A DNA stretch of 63,252 nt, filler included, from Stramenopiles sp. TOSAG23-2 (lineage: Eukaryota), in the NCBI GenBank assembly GCA_900128395.1. It is 35 parts of 35 records of this genome, joined end to end, with 100 filler letters (N's around TTAATTAATTAA, not from the genome) between each part and the next. Parts side by side here need not be neighbours in the genome. Positions count along the whole stretch, not along the records: positions 36,323 to 38,028 come from LT652471.1; positions 38,129 to 39,833 come from LT652472.1; positions 39,934 to 41,638 come from LT652473.1; positions 41,739 to 43,442 come from LT652474.1; positions 43,543 to 45,246 come from LT652475.1; positions 45,347 to 47,050 come from LT652476.1; positions 47,151 to 48,853 come from LT652477.1; 28 more parts are not named here. One strand, written 5' to 3'. Made by a program: the position numbers and the translations under genes. The stretch's first letter is position 1. Each line of letters begins with the position of its first letter. Below, piece by piece: positions 36,398 through 48,953 of the stretch. The notes beneath the pieces were generated by a model, which saw only the letters and a program-made list of their open reading frames with translations, was not told the DNA's origin and ran no database searches.

Positions 36398-38028
36398 TTG
36401 ACATCCGGTTTCCTTGCAACATTAACAGGACAAACAGATAATTTGTTTTTTTGCAATGCAAATATTTATAGATCAACGGGTACAATCGATCGTAAAACTA
36501 TAAATGCAAATTATGTACGAAGTCTGTCTATTGAAAAAAGTAATAGCATGAGAGAAGGAAGCATGAATAATGACAGTCGTAAAGCTGCAGCACAAAAAAC
36601 GAAAGACGATGAAGAAACAGAAATGCAAGATAATATTATTGAAATGGCCACAAACAAAGGAAACGAAATGTCCAGAGATAAAAATATTTTGTTTGTCAAT
36701 GAGAATGTTAACAACGATAAAAAACACAATAAATCTGAAAATTCACCTGCAATAGTAAAGTCGGATCATACTAAACAAGATATCAAGTGGTTTGAAAATC
36801 CATTACCCAAAGACGATACCAACGACAATAAGAATGAGCAAGGTGGGAAAAAGAAGACACAAAAAAGACCTACCATGATTAGAAGATTATCACAATGGTT
36901 TGTATCAAATCAAAAAACAGACATATGGGATGAACAAAGATTACATAAACTACATGGTTTCATCGTTATCTTACTTGTTATTATGTATATATGTCATATT
37001 ATTGCAAGTCCATTTACTAAACTTATCGAAAATAATAATACTATTGTAATTATAAACATAGTTGAAGTTATATGTTTAATAATAGGAATATCAAGTTTAG
37101 TAAAAATGTTTTTTGTAAATGGTAGTTTGACAGCTACAAAAATGATATTTGATAAAGGCAATATACGTACATATATTTATATATTTTGGATCATACGGTC
37201 ATTTATAATAGAATTTTTAAAAGGTCAATTAGTATATAGTTTTGTTGTTGTATATCATAGTATTGTATTATATTCAAGTGATATGTGGTATATATGTAAT
37301 CGAAAATATTTAATTTTGAATTTCATATTATTTTTATCAATCTTGATATATGAATTTTTCATAACAATCTCACCATTTGCACCAAGTGAGCCATCATGGA
37401 TGTTTATGAATATAAAAACGACGGCAAATAGTATATCACGATCAAATATATTTAATTTATTTGTAATATTTTTTGATGCACTAATCGTTGTTATTTATGA
37501 TGTAAACCGATCAAAATATGTAATGTTAGTGAAGAAGCAAAAACGATTTGTGTTGAAAATGTCATCGGAACAAAAAAGAAAAATCATGACATGGTGGAAG
37601 GTTGGTGGTTTCTTTGCTGCGATTGGATTGATAACATTCATAGTATGCACCATTTTGAAAGTTTCAAAAATGATTTATAATATTGCTTTGGCGATTCCAT
37701 TTTGCATAGGTATTTTTTTCTTCGTTCGAATAATTTACAGCTCTAGTAGTACAGAGTCATACAAAATATTTTGCTTGCTTGTACAAGAGCGACGGGTTAT
37801 TTTTCAATATATATTATTAGGCATTTTGTTTTATATCGACAACTTTTATTTTTATGTGTCTACTGCAGGTATATTATTTCCAATTATTATGAGTGTGTAC
37901 ACGTCGTTGGATTTTATAGTTGGATTTTTTCCACGTAGAATTTCAATAGCGGTAATGGCAAGTATATCAATCGTATTAATCTTTAATATTTTCAATAATA
38001 CATTTTTAAAAACAGATTGCGAAGAGCG
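36398..38028 (+). CDS. Polytopic membrane protein of unknown function, partial
   Basis: Hydrophilic region followed by about 10 hydrophobic segments; open to the contig end. Confidence 0.7.
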
Positions 38029-38386
38029 NNNNNNNNNNNNNNNNNNNNNNNNNNNNNNNNNNNNNNNNNNNNTTAATTAATTAANNNNNNNNNNNNNNNN
38101 NNNNNNNNNNNNNNNNNNNNNNNNNNNNCGAATCTTGGAACAGCAGAAAGTAAAGTTTTTGTATCAAAGACACGTCTTTAAAAAATTATTATATGTACTA
38201 TATAATTTAATCATATATTGTAATAAGTATAAAAATATTCCTATTTACTCCACTTTCACACCACACAAGAAACTAAAACCAGAACACAAGTTAATAAAGT
38301 TAGGTGCTTAGAAATCGTATTACTGTAGTTTTAAAAAAGTAATTATTTTATTACTTACACACACACGCACACATAAGAAACCGCAA

Positions 38387-39115
38387 TCAACGTAACAATC
38401 GACCGGACGAATTTGTTTTTGTCAATTCACCGATTGTATCATTATACACGCTACCAGTAATCTCCTTAAATGCATCTGGATCAAATTTTTGTATCAAACG
38501 AAATACTAATAACACAGTTAATGTCATGACAAGACATAATAAAAACAATAAACAATAGATACGATCCAAACATTTGGTTTGTGAATTCATACATTTATTC
38601 ATTCCTTCCTGTGTTTTTTCAATTTTGTCACCTTTCTCTAAAATTTTCTCCATGTGTTCACCTTGTTTTTTAATTTCAACATTCCTATCAATTAGATCTT
38701 GTGAAGTTTTTTTTGTTGTTGATTCATAATATAATTTACCTTGTTTTAATGTATCTTCCACTAACTCAAAACCATGGTCTAAATCTTTAAAATCCTCTTG
38801 CAATCCACGCCAATGTAATAGCAGTTCTTTATATTGTTTTTCTTCTTTTATTTGCGCTAATTCTGCTTCTGAATTTATGTCATTGTTACCGGTTTCTCCC
38901 GATCCTATTTTTTTCAAAAGATCTTCCTTTGTTTTATCCCAATTTGCTTTACTAACGTCAAAATCCATTTGTATGTTCAATACAGCTTCTAACACTTGTC
39001 CCCGAGTCCACTCTTTACTATTATTACTATTATTATTATCTACCTTACTCTCATTATCATTATTAGTTACATCATCGTTCACAAGGATTTGTTTCTGTTC
39101 ATTCATCTCCGCCAT
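38387..39115 (-). CDS. Q-SNARE-like coiled-coil protein with a near C-terminal TM helix
   Basis: Heptad region EIKKQGEHMEKI with central Q, followed by a ~20-aa TM segment. Confidence 0.5.
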   Translation of the reverse strand: MAEMNEQKQILVNDDVTNNDNESKVDNNNSNNSKEWTRGQVLEAVLNIQMDFDVSKANWDKTKEDLLKKIGSGETGNNDINSEAELAQIKEEKQYKELLLHWRGLQEDFKDLDHGFELVEDTLKQGKLYYESTTKKTSQDLIDRNVEIKKQGEHMEKILEKGDKIEKTQEGMNKCMNSQTKCLDRIYCLLFLLCLVMTLTVLLVFRLIQKFDPDAFKEITGSVYNDTIGELTKTNSSGRLLR

Positions 39116-39337
39116 TGTTATAAATAATTTTATTTTGTTTTATTTGTATGTCTACTATGGCCATCTACTACATATATGTATATATATACTATTAATACTA
39201 TGAGGTTATATAATTTTACAACTTCAATTATTTTTTATAATTATGTATTATTTTAGAATTTGTAGAATTATAATATTTATTTTATTTTTTTTTATAGTTA
39301 TCTACATTAAAGATGGCCGAAAAAAATTTTTTTTTTT

Positions 39338-39833
39338 TTTTTTTCAACTTTTTTTTCCCAGCCCTCTAGTATGGAAATAGCATTACTAGGATGGAAATAG
39401 TTTATTTGTAAGACGATTGACTATAATTGCGGTGTAACTCTTCAAAAGGACGTTTATTCTTGTCGCCGTTGTTTTCATTTCTCATAGACGCCATTTTCTT
39501 ACAATCTTATTATATATATGTAAGTATATATCTTAGCGTATCAAGTGTATATGTGTTGTTTTTATATGTATCAGCGTATCAAGTGTTTCTTTGTATGTAT
39601 GTAAGTATGTTTTTACTATGCTATTAGACGACCATCTATATTTTCTATTTGTATGTTTTACTTTCAAAAATGTGAATTAAATTGATGATAATAGTGTTTT
39701 ATGCGTCATGTTAATGTGTTTGTTGTTTGTGTAAAAATTATAATTACCTCCTGAAATCGTCCATGTAATGGTATTTCCATCCTAGTAATGCTATTTCCAT
39801 ACTAGAGGGCTGGGAAAAAAAAGTTGAAAAAAA
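39338..39833. mobile_element. Inverted repeat of at least 62 bp (39338-39399 / 39772-39833): MITE/foldback-like element or inversion chimera
   Basis: caacttttttttcccagccctctagtatggaaatagcattactaggatggaaata and its exact reverse complement; the right arm runs to the contig end. Confidence 0.6.
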
Positions 39834-40665
39834 NNNNNNNNNNNNNNNNNNNNNNNNNNNNNNNNNNNNNNNNNNNNTTAATTAATTAANNNNNNNNNNN
39901 NNNNNNNNNNNNNNNNNNNNNNNNNNNNNNNNNTATCTCGCGTTGTCCCTATAAAACTACTAACAGCACCACAACTTGAATCCAATACTATTTGATAATA
40001 TTTATTTATATTTAATTTATTACTTTACCAAAGATATCAAATTTACGGGGAAACAACACTTATCGGTTAAAGTGGCATCGACAAATAATTCTAGTTCCAA
40101 ACCAAAAGAAGATGAATCACAAGCAAAGGATGACAATAGTAAAGCCACGAAATCTAAGGATTGAAACGAAGTACGGAGTATATTATAATATTTTGAGAGA
40201 TATAATATGATAAAATGTAGATATGTAAAAAAAGTACGTAAAAATACAAGAGAGTATATATTTTGAAACACAAATGCAATCATCTTATGGGAGTCCGAGG
40301 AGGAAAATGTGCAAAAGATAAAAATGTACCCAGCAGAAGAATAAATATATACGTAAAATATACTCGTATATTTGAAACAGGAATACCTCACATATATAAT
40401 CTAGAGATTATATATAGACGCGTACACATATGTATATTTTTAATTATTTTAACGTATATTTTTACTACGTACGTACGTTCGTACTCTAATTTTAATTTAT
40501 TTTTATTAATATTTTATTTTTGTTTTTTTTAAAAAAAATGTTACCCTTTTTTCTTTTTTTACGTACATTTATTTTTATGATATATATATCTGATAGGGCG
40601 ACCATTACATTATTTAAATATTATTATCATTTCTTCTCTCCTGCTGATATTATATAACAATACAT

Positions 40666-41232
40666 TTATTGCATAATTTTAATTTGTTCTTGTGTATTAG
40701 ATAATTGATCCATTTGTTTTTCGTGTTTCCCTTTTTCCAAACTTGCTACTTTGTTCCATTTTACTGCCTGTCCTTTGATTTCAGTCATTGCGGATTTGTG
40801 GTCAAGTTCACTGATAACCAATTGCTTCTGTAAGTCTACGGTTTCTTGTTTCTTTTCTTCAAGCTGTTCTTTCAAGTTCGTCAATTCAGATCTGTCTTTG
40901 TCCAAGTTCGTTGAAACTAATTCTTTAAGCGTTGATGCTTTGTTCAAAGCAGCTTTGCATTTTTTGTTTTTGCCAACCAACATTTGTAAAGAGAAATGCA
41001 TATCGGAAATCAAACCAGTCATATCGTCCAAATCTTGTGCTTTCTTGGTAAGTTGTGATTTTTTAACATCCATTCTCTTTTCGTAATTTTTAAGAGTACG
41101 TGCATATGCTTGTTGGGTTTTCTCCAACGTATTGGATACTGAAACAAGTTTCCTTGATAAACGTCCTGCTGCTTGATTTGCAGATAAAATAGCACTAGTA
41201 AGTTTTGAGAATTTCTTATTAAGATCATCCAT
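40666..41232 (-). CDS. Coiled-coil protein, unknown
   Basis: About 190 aa of heptad-rich sequence from MDDLNKKF. Confidence 0.55.
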   Translation of the reverse strand: MDDLNKKFSKLTSAILSANQAAGRLSRKLVSVSNTLEKTQQAYARTLKNYEKRMDVKKSQLTKKAQDLDDMTGLISDMHFSLQMLVGKNKKCKAALNKASTLKELVSTNLDKDRSELTNLKEQLEEKKQETVDLQKQLVISELDHKSAMTEIKGQAVKWNKVASLEKGKHEKQMDQLSNTQEQIKIMQ

Positions 41233-41738
41233 GATTTTCTTATTCAAGTCAATGTATACATGTAAATGTATTTGTACACATTTGTGTATATGTGTATATG
41301 TTTTTATAAATGTACTCTTCCCACATGGTATTTGCATGCTATTAATCTTTGTTAGATAGATTCGCTACATCCAAATGTGTGATTATGATTAGCATATAAA
41401 TAGCAGGTCAAAATGAATGAACGAAACACACATATAGTTGGACAAAGTCCCCACTTTTTTAAAAAAACAAAAAAAAAGTGGTTTCCTCACTTTTTTGGTG
41501 TACTCGAAACATCTCGGACTGTTCCCACTTTCTTATACTTTTTAGTATAAGATCAACACTACTATCAAATATAAAATTTGATAATATCTAATATCTACTC
41601 AGGAAACCCCGCTGTGCTATTCGCATATAGTATGGCAGNNNNNNNNNNNNNNNNNNNNNNNNNNNNNNNNNNNNNNNNNNNNTTAATTAATTAANNNNNN
41701 NNNNNNNNNNNNNNNNNNNNNNNNNNNNNNNNNNNNNN

Positions 41739-43372
41739 CAAATACCACTACCATGCATGCATCCATCCATGAGTAATACTGATAAATGTTTCGATGGCTT
41801 TTCAACTGTCATATGTAAAGCAAATGATGCAACAATCGATAAAAAACTCATCGATACGAACGTTGTTACAACAGTTAATGGTTCATAAAATTGTAAGGCA
41901 TATGCACCTGTATATCCTAAATTAATTAAAATTGGATGAACTAAATATATACCAAATGATAACCTTGACAATGGTGTCCATATATACCATTTTAAAGCAC
42001 GGCGTATGAATCCACCATGACCAGTGACAAATATAAACGTCCAGAACGTGCAACAACTGGCAACAATTACATGAGAAAATACAGAATATAAAACACACAT
42101 TAATATTGTCCAACTAGGATTTTCATACGAGGAGCCTTGATGTATAACATGAGCGGGTGTATCTGATTTTGAACTTTCATTGTGATCCAACGTTGGAACT
42201 TTTTCAACACCACCGAAATAATTTGCTGGCACGACAATCACTACGGCAATAAATAAAACGAGAGATGTGGCGTATCCGCCAATTACGTAGCAGCGGTTCA
42301 ATCGAATTTTAGAACCAACGCGATGAAACATCATTGCCGCTGCTAGTCCCATCAAATATGGAATGCACCTTGTCCAAGGTTTATCATATCCTGAAAATCT
42401 ATATGCGTCAAATTCACTTACACTCAGTGGATTCATGGAATATTCCAATTTCATTCCAACATACATTTGGTATGAAATGGACAATACGATTGTTAAAAAT
42501 ACACTCGCAATACCTAAATTACGATTTTTCCAAAACAATAAGACGTAAAGTGGTGCTAATAAATACAAGTTGAAATCAACTGCTAAATACCAAGTCCAAT
42601 CCATGCATGCATTGTTTTTCCCAGTTGTATATTTCAAGAAATTATTAATTAATAATAAATTTGTCCACCAATATTCCCTACATGGTGCAACATAATTCTC
42701 TTCATATAAATAATGCAATGGACCTGGATTTGTTAAATTTGTCAATCCAATGTAAACAAACATTATCATAGCTAGTGATGGTACAATACGAAGGAAGCGA
42801 TATACATACATTCTTGGTATATCGATGCAACCATAATGAACACGACGAATTGGTTTCCATGCACCGATACGATTGGCCGTTTTCAATTGTACTATAAATG
42901 AATGGCCAGCGAAAAAACCACTTAATACGAAAAATAAATCAACAGCAAAATATGATCCAATAACAATTTGTGCAGCCCAATTATGTTTGACATTTGCAAT
43001 TAAAGAAAATCCATTACTTTCTTTTAAAACAGGGACCATATAGCCAACTGTATTTCCAAGGACGACCCATAAGACAGCTAAGACCCTTATTGCATGTAAT
43101 GGTGCCAATGGTCTTAAGTCACGTGAAACTAATTGATTGTAATTACTTCGTATGGAAAAACTTTGTAAAATAGTTGTGCAAAAACGTCCTGTTTCCTGAT
43201 CATTAATGCTACTATTGTTAGAAATAGTAGTATTGTTATTGTTGTTATTGTTGTTGCTGTTAGTATGGCTATTATAAAAATTCTCTAGATCGCTAAAAGA
43301 TCCTTCTCCATCTGTATCGCTTTGATGTTGATTTGGTTTCCTAGCACGATTATGATAATGATGACGGTAAAG

Positions 43373-43417
<45 letters not shown>

Positions 43418-43442
43418 GTTATTTGGACGATAACGATTTTGT
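41739..43442 (-). CDS. Acyltransferase-3 family, NRF-6 (nose-resistant-to-fluoxetine)-like, partial
   Basis: SFSIRSN, AIRVLAVLWVVLG, AVDLFFVLSGF, RFLRIVP, WWTNLLLINN, CMDWTWYLAVDF, YDKPWTR, PLSRLSFGIYLVH. Confidence 0.9.
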
Positions 43443-44250
43443 NNNNNNNNNNNNNNNNNNNNNNNNNNNNNNNNNNNNNNNNNNNNTTAATTAATTAANN
43501 NNNNNNNNNNNNNNNNNNNNNNNNNNNNNNNNNNNNNNNNNNGTTGTCGATGCATATGGATTATTATCCGTTGCTAATGTCGCCATGAGTGTTTTGAGAT
43601 ATGTATATATATATATACTTCTGTTTTTATGTCAATTATATAGTCTACGTTATGTTATGTATATATATATATATTATATTATACTCCCCTTTGTATACCC
43701 TCTACTTGCTTTTCTAATTTTGTTATTTCAATGTTTTTATATTTATATATATATATCTATTCATTATTCATTTTTTGCCACTCCAAAGAAGAAGAAGATC
43801 TTTTGTAGCTCAATGGGACCCCGGGGACCCAACGAATTATTCCATAAATGATACAAAATAGATTATGTCTTTAACTGGAATTAGTATGTATTTGTGTAGA
43901 CTGAGCGACTAATTTGGATGCATTTCGGAACATATGTTGAACCCTACTCTTCAACTCTATAATAACGCTATTCCTATGCTAAACGGACGATCTTATTTTT
44001 TAATATATAATAGTTGTACTGTATTTGATAGGTAAATAGTGTTTAAGTATATGTACGATACAATTTGTACCAAACATATATTATATATTTCAGAAACATA
44101 TATCAAACATATTGAGAAAGAGGAGGTTGTGAGACACTTATATTCACATGGAGATGTAAAATTGTAAAATATTTGTAAAATATATTAATCAAAGAGATTT
44201 TTTATTTAAATTTAGATGTTAACCATCATTACCACATTATTTATACATCA

Positions 44251-45246
44251 TTAAAAAGCACTAGAACATAAAGCATTTACTAATTCTATTTGCTCTTCAA
44301 TAGGCAAGGTATAACCTGGGATACCAATACCATCATCCTCATTGCCAAGACCTAATTTTTTCTTCGAATGTTCCCTTCTTTGACGTGTAATTTCAAATAA
44401 TATTGTTCCGACTTAAACAGATAAATTTAAACTTTCAATCATTCCCATCATAGGTACATGCATTTGTATATTAGCACCAATAATAGCTGTTTCTTCGAAT
44501 GTTCCCTTCTTTGACGTGTAATTTCAAATAATATTGTTCCGACTGAAACAGATAAATTTAAACTTTCAATCATTCCCATCATAGGTACATGCATTTGTAT
44601 ATTAGCACCAATAATAGCTGTTTGAGAAAGTCCACTATGTTCACTACCAAACCAAATAGCAAGTTTTTTAATTTTTCCATCATCATTTTTAATATCGTCG
44701 TTTGTTATAAACTGCGCTTCATCTATAGATACGGTACCAGGTGCAGGTGGTCGAGTAGAAACAGATATAAAATCTTGTTTTTTTAATTCAGATAAACATT
44801 CTTTCGTAGATGAAAAAGAATACATTTGTACCCATTTTATTGCCGATACAGATGTATTTAAACCCCAACTACCCCATTCTCGCCAATCACAAACATGATG
44901 GTTACTTTTAAATAACATATTACTACTTGAACGGTCATTATTATTATTATTATTATTACCGTGTTGTTGTTGCTCATTTATTAATAATACATCTTTTGTT
45001 ATTATAGTTTCATTTTCAGTTGATAATGTATTATTATTATTACCTTGTTGTTGTTGATGAAAAGATGAAAGCCACCAATCTGGTTCCTTACCTTTATTAA
45101 ATACAAAAATAACACTAGTAACACCATATGCATCACAACTACGTAATATAGTAGCAGCATTTAACTTGTTGGAAATATCTTCTAAAACAATTACAAGTCC
45201 AGCTTGTCTACGAGCAACAATTTCTTGAACACGTTTTTGACGAACC
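44251..45246 (-). CDS. trmH: TrmH/SpoU tRNA (Gm18) 2'-O-methyltransferase, disrupted by a 131-bp tandem duplication; 5' partial
   Basis: RRQAGLVIVLEDI...NAATILRSCDAYGV, SAIKWV, FGSEHSGLS, VPMMGMIESLNLSVS, FEITRQR. The natural C-terminus (GYTLPIEEQIELVNAL) follows the second copy. Confidence 0.82.
44359..44623. repeat. Tandem direct duplication with 131-bp period
   Basis: tcttcgaatgttccc starts at both 44361 and 44492; the copies differ at gacttaaac versus gactgaaac. Confidence 0.95.
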
Positions 45247-45401
45247 NNNNNNNNNNNNNNNNNNNNNNNNNNNNNNNNNNNNNNNNNNNNTTAATTAATT
45301 AANNNNNNNNNNNNNNNNNNNNNNNNNNNNNNNNNNNNNNNNNNNNGTCCAAAGTATATAATACCATATAGAAACATAAACCAACCAGTCAAAAAACAAC
45401 C

Positions 45402-47050
45402 ATGGATATATTTGCTTCTTCTAACAATTCCCCCTCTAAACCATTTTCAAAAAAAAAGAAATTCAATAAAAAATTTCACAAGAAGAAAAAAAATAAATTA
45501 TTATATAATAATGATGATAAAAGTAGTAAAAAAATCAATAATAATAACAATAACAAGAATGGAAATAATAATAATAATAGCAACAACAACAACATAAATA
45601 ATGCTAACAACAATCAAAAGAAAAAATTCGGTAAAAAATTTAATAATAAAAAGAAACGTAAATGGGATAAAAATAATAAAAATGATAGAAAAAGAAAGAA
45701 GAAAAATAATATGAATAATTACAGTGACAGTGATAATAATATACAACCAAAAATCGAAAAAGACAACTCATATCCAAATCCTTTTGTAAATTATAACAAG
45801 GATCCAATACCAAATAGATTTATCAACCCATCTGATACGCCGTTATTTCAAACATTATTAAACGATCAATATATTGGTTTAATAGTAGATAATAATTGTT
45901 ATGAACAACATTTGTCTTCATCCTCATCCAATAATAATAATAATAATGATAATTATGACCAGATTTATCACGATAGGGCAAAGGAAGCATTGAAAATGTT
46001 GGGAGAAAAAGGTTTTTATGTATATGACTTTACACAACCACTTGGATTAAATACGCCAATTGCAAGAACATTTGTTACAAGAACGTGTATTGGAAAACCA
46101 GGTATGACATATAAATATTTAGGATTACGAATGTTTGCAATACCGTGGTCAAATTTAAAAACATACAATACTGAAAAAATTTACGATGCCAGTACTATTA
46201 ATGCATTACAAACGATACGCAAATTAAATAGCAAATTAAATATGCGTGGTCAAAACCATTTAGAGAATAATACAGCAATGAGAAATAGTGGTTCTACTAA
46301 TTATAATTTAACATTGATAAATCATATGTTACCTTTATCAGCTGAAGATTTATTGGATAAGAATCGTAAATTAAAAAATGAAACATGTTTTGATGATGAT
46401 CCATGTGCAGTATCATGGCATGCGGATTCAAGTTTAGAAAATTATTCAACTATTGCAGTTTACCAAGCTTTAGAAAAAGGTAATGATTATGAGAATCTTG
46501 CTTGGAAATTAGCAGTACGTGTACAAGTAGATGCTGAAGGACCCAATGCTGGAAGGGCAAGAAGAAATGCAAGTGCGAAAAGTGATCATAATAATAACAA
46601 TAACAGTAGTAAAAGTAATGGAAAGAAAAGCAATAAAATTGTTGAGGATATACTAGCACAAAATACACCACCATTATGCATACCACTTGAAAAATCTGGA
46701 CAATCCTATTTCATGTTCGATACATTCAATCATCATCATCAACATGCTGTTTTGGCTGGATCTTGTGAACGATGGGCATCAACACATCGCGTATGTACCA
46801 CTGAAAGGCATTCCGTTGAAGAAGTTTTAAGGCGTAATATATCAATTTCACAAAATGAAAAAAATGCTATTAAAGAATGGACTCAAAGTTTTAATGGTTT
46901 GTTGGAAATTGAATTTGAATGGTTAAGGCAATGGTATATACAAGGGACGAACCACAAAGAATTACATTTAGTATATTGGCAAGATAAAATAAAAGAGTTA
47001 ATAGGATTATGGGGAAAATTTCAAGCAAAAGAGCGGAAAAAAATGAAATA
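45402..47050 (+). CDS. FTO: FTO-family Fe(II)/2-oxoglutarate nucleic-acid demethylase, 3' partial
   Basis: IGKPGMTYKYLGLRMFAIPW, YNLTLIN, VSWHADSSL (HxD), STIAVY, HQHAVLAG, RWASTHRV (RxxxxxR) and the C-terminal-domain motif EFEWLRQWYIQG. Confidence 0.93.
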
Positions 47051-47150
47051 NNNNNNNNNNNNNNNNNNNNNNNNNNNNNNNNNNNNNNNNNNNNTTAATT
47101 AATTAANNNNNNNNNNNNNNNNNNNNNNNNNNNNNNNNNNNNNNNNNNNN

Positions 47151-48853
47151 AAACACAACAACAACCCAACCATCAATCATATTGCAAATATATTTAAATC
47201 AACGGAATATACTACTTCATCTTTATTAATATTTAAAATTAATAATTTTTTTATCAACCAAATTGATATCAATGATATACAAAAAACTGGACGTACATTT
47301 GATCTTATTTATAATTTAGGTATCGCATTGAAAGATCATACGTTTATAAATGATAATCATATACAAGAAGATCAAGAAAATCGACACGAACAGGAAGAAG
47401 AAGAAGAAGAATCAATACGACGGCGACAACGACAAACACCATCTTTTGATATAAATGCATGGCGTCATGCTGTATTAGCTGGTATTGTACCACGAAGTTT
47501 AAAACATGCTATGTCTATCAATGGACATTTATATGGTATGGTTTTAAATATGTTGGAAAAGTTTTGTAAATCAAAATATACAACATGGAAAAACAATCAA
47601 ATTATTTTAAAAGCATTAGGTGTATTGTTTTATTTTATAAATCAAACGAATATAATAAAACATAACGACGATGATCATCAAGACGAAGAAATGGATACAT
47701 CATCATATTATGATATGATATTGTTAAAACAAATACCAATACAAATTATTATTTATTTTTTAAAATTTGTTACTTTGGAAAAATATTCAATACGTTTGGA
47801 AAAACAATTATCATTATTATATGCAAATCGTGTTGGGAAATGGTATACTACATCGTTTCATATATATGGTAATAACAATACGACTAAAAACAATGGAATG
47901 TTGGTAAATCAACGTAGAAATGATGTAACTATGAGACATACATTGATGGAATTATTTCAAGGTGCAACATCACCAACTACACAAGGTATTATGTATTATT
48001 ATTTATTACAACATATTGGAAATAGTTTCATTCTTGTTGAAAATACAATGAATCAGAGGATGATGACGACGACAACGAAACAACAAGAATTATATGATCA
48101 TGTGATAAGTGAATTAGCATGTAGTGGTTTTATTGTTATTTTACATAATTATATGATTGTAAAGAAAAAAATAGGAAGAAAAATAACAACAACGACAACC
48201 ACAACCACAACAAATAATAATAATAATATACATGAAAATCATTTTAATAGTTTAATCAATCAATATTTATTTGGTGATAAACGTACAAAAGCAATTATAC
48301 ATGGAAAAACAAATATTGATATATACATACATAAAGTTGTACGATATAAAAAAGTGAAAATGGAAATTGCACGAAGTATATTAAAATTTATACAAGAAAT
48401 TGTAAAATATATTCATGAATTTTTAGAAAAAGAACAAATGAATGAATCAAATACGATGGAAATACAAAATAATAATAATAATATACTTTTGAATTCAAAA
48501 AAGACTTTATTATTACAAGAGAAATATGATGATGATACAAATATTATCATGGCAAAAGAAATTGAAAAAGAACTTTATCATAGTAATTTAGTCATGATTG
48601 ATAATATGGAAAATGGAAAAGATAAAAATCATGTATTAAATACGATAGAAAAAGATACACCACATTTATTATTACGTGCTGTTTTTGGTCGTAAATCATT
48701 ATCCCATTTGAAAAATATCAATAAAAAGAAATATTTAATAATTATTAAAGATGCAATTGATATTGCAAGGAAATACAATCAAGATATTGTTGATACCGCG
48801 GTTGAATTGTTATTAAATATGGAAGAGGAGAAGGTAGTAGTGGAGGAGGAAGA
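47151..48853 (+). CDS. Internal fragment of a large low-complexity helical protein, unknown
   Basis: Open frame of more than 500 aa across the contig. Confidence 0.6.
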
Positions 48854-48953
48854 NNNNNNNNNNNNNNNNNNNNNNNNNNNNNNNNNNNNNNNNNNNNTTA
48901 ATTAATTAANNNNNNNNNNNNNNNNNNNNNNNNNNNNNNNNNNNNNNNNNNNN

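Noticed and set aside
43375-43425. (ATT)n / (AAT)n tracts here and in many ORFs
   Set aside because: Poly-Asn coding tracts typical of AT-rich protists.
43806-43830. tRNA A-box-like TAGCTCAATGG
   Set aside because: No T-loop (GTTCRA) or cloverleaf follows.
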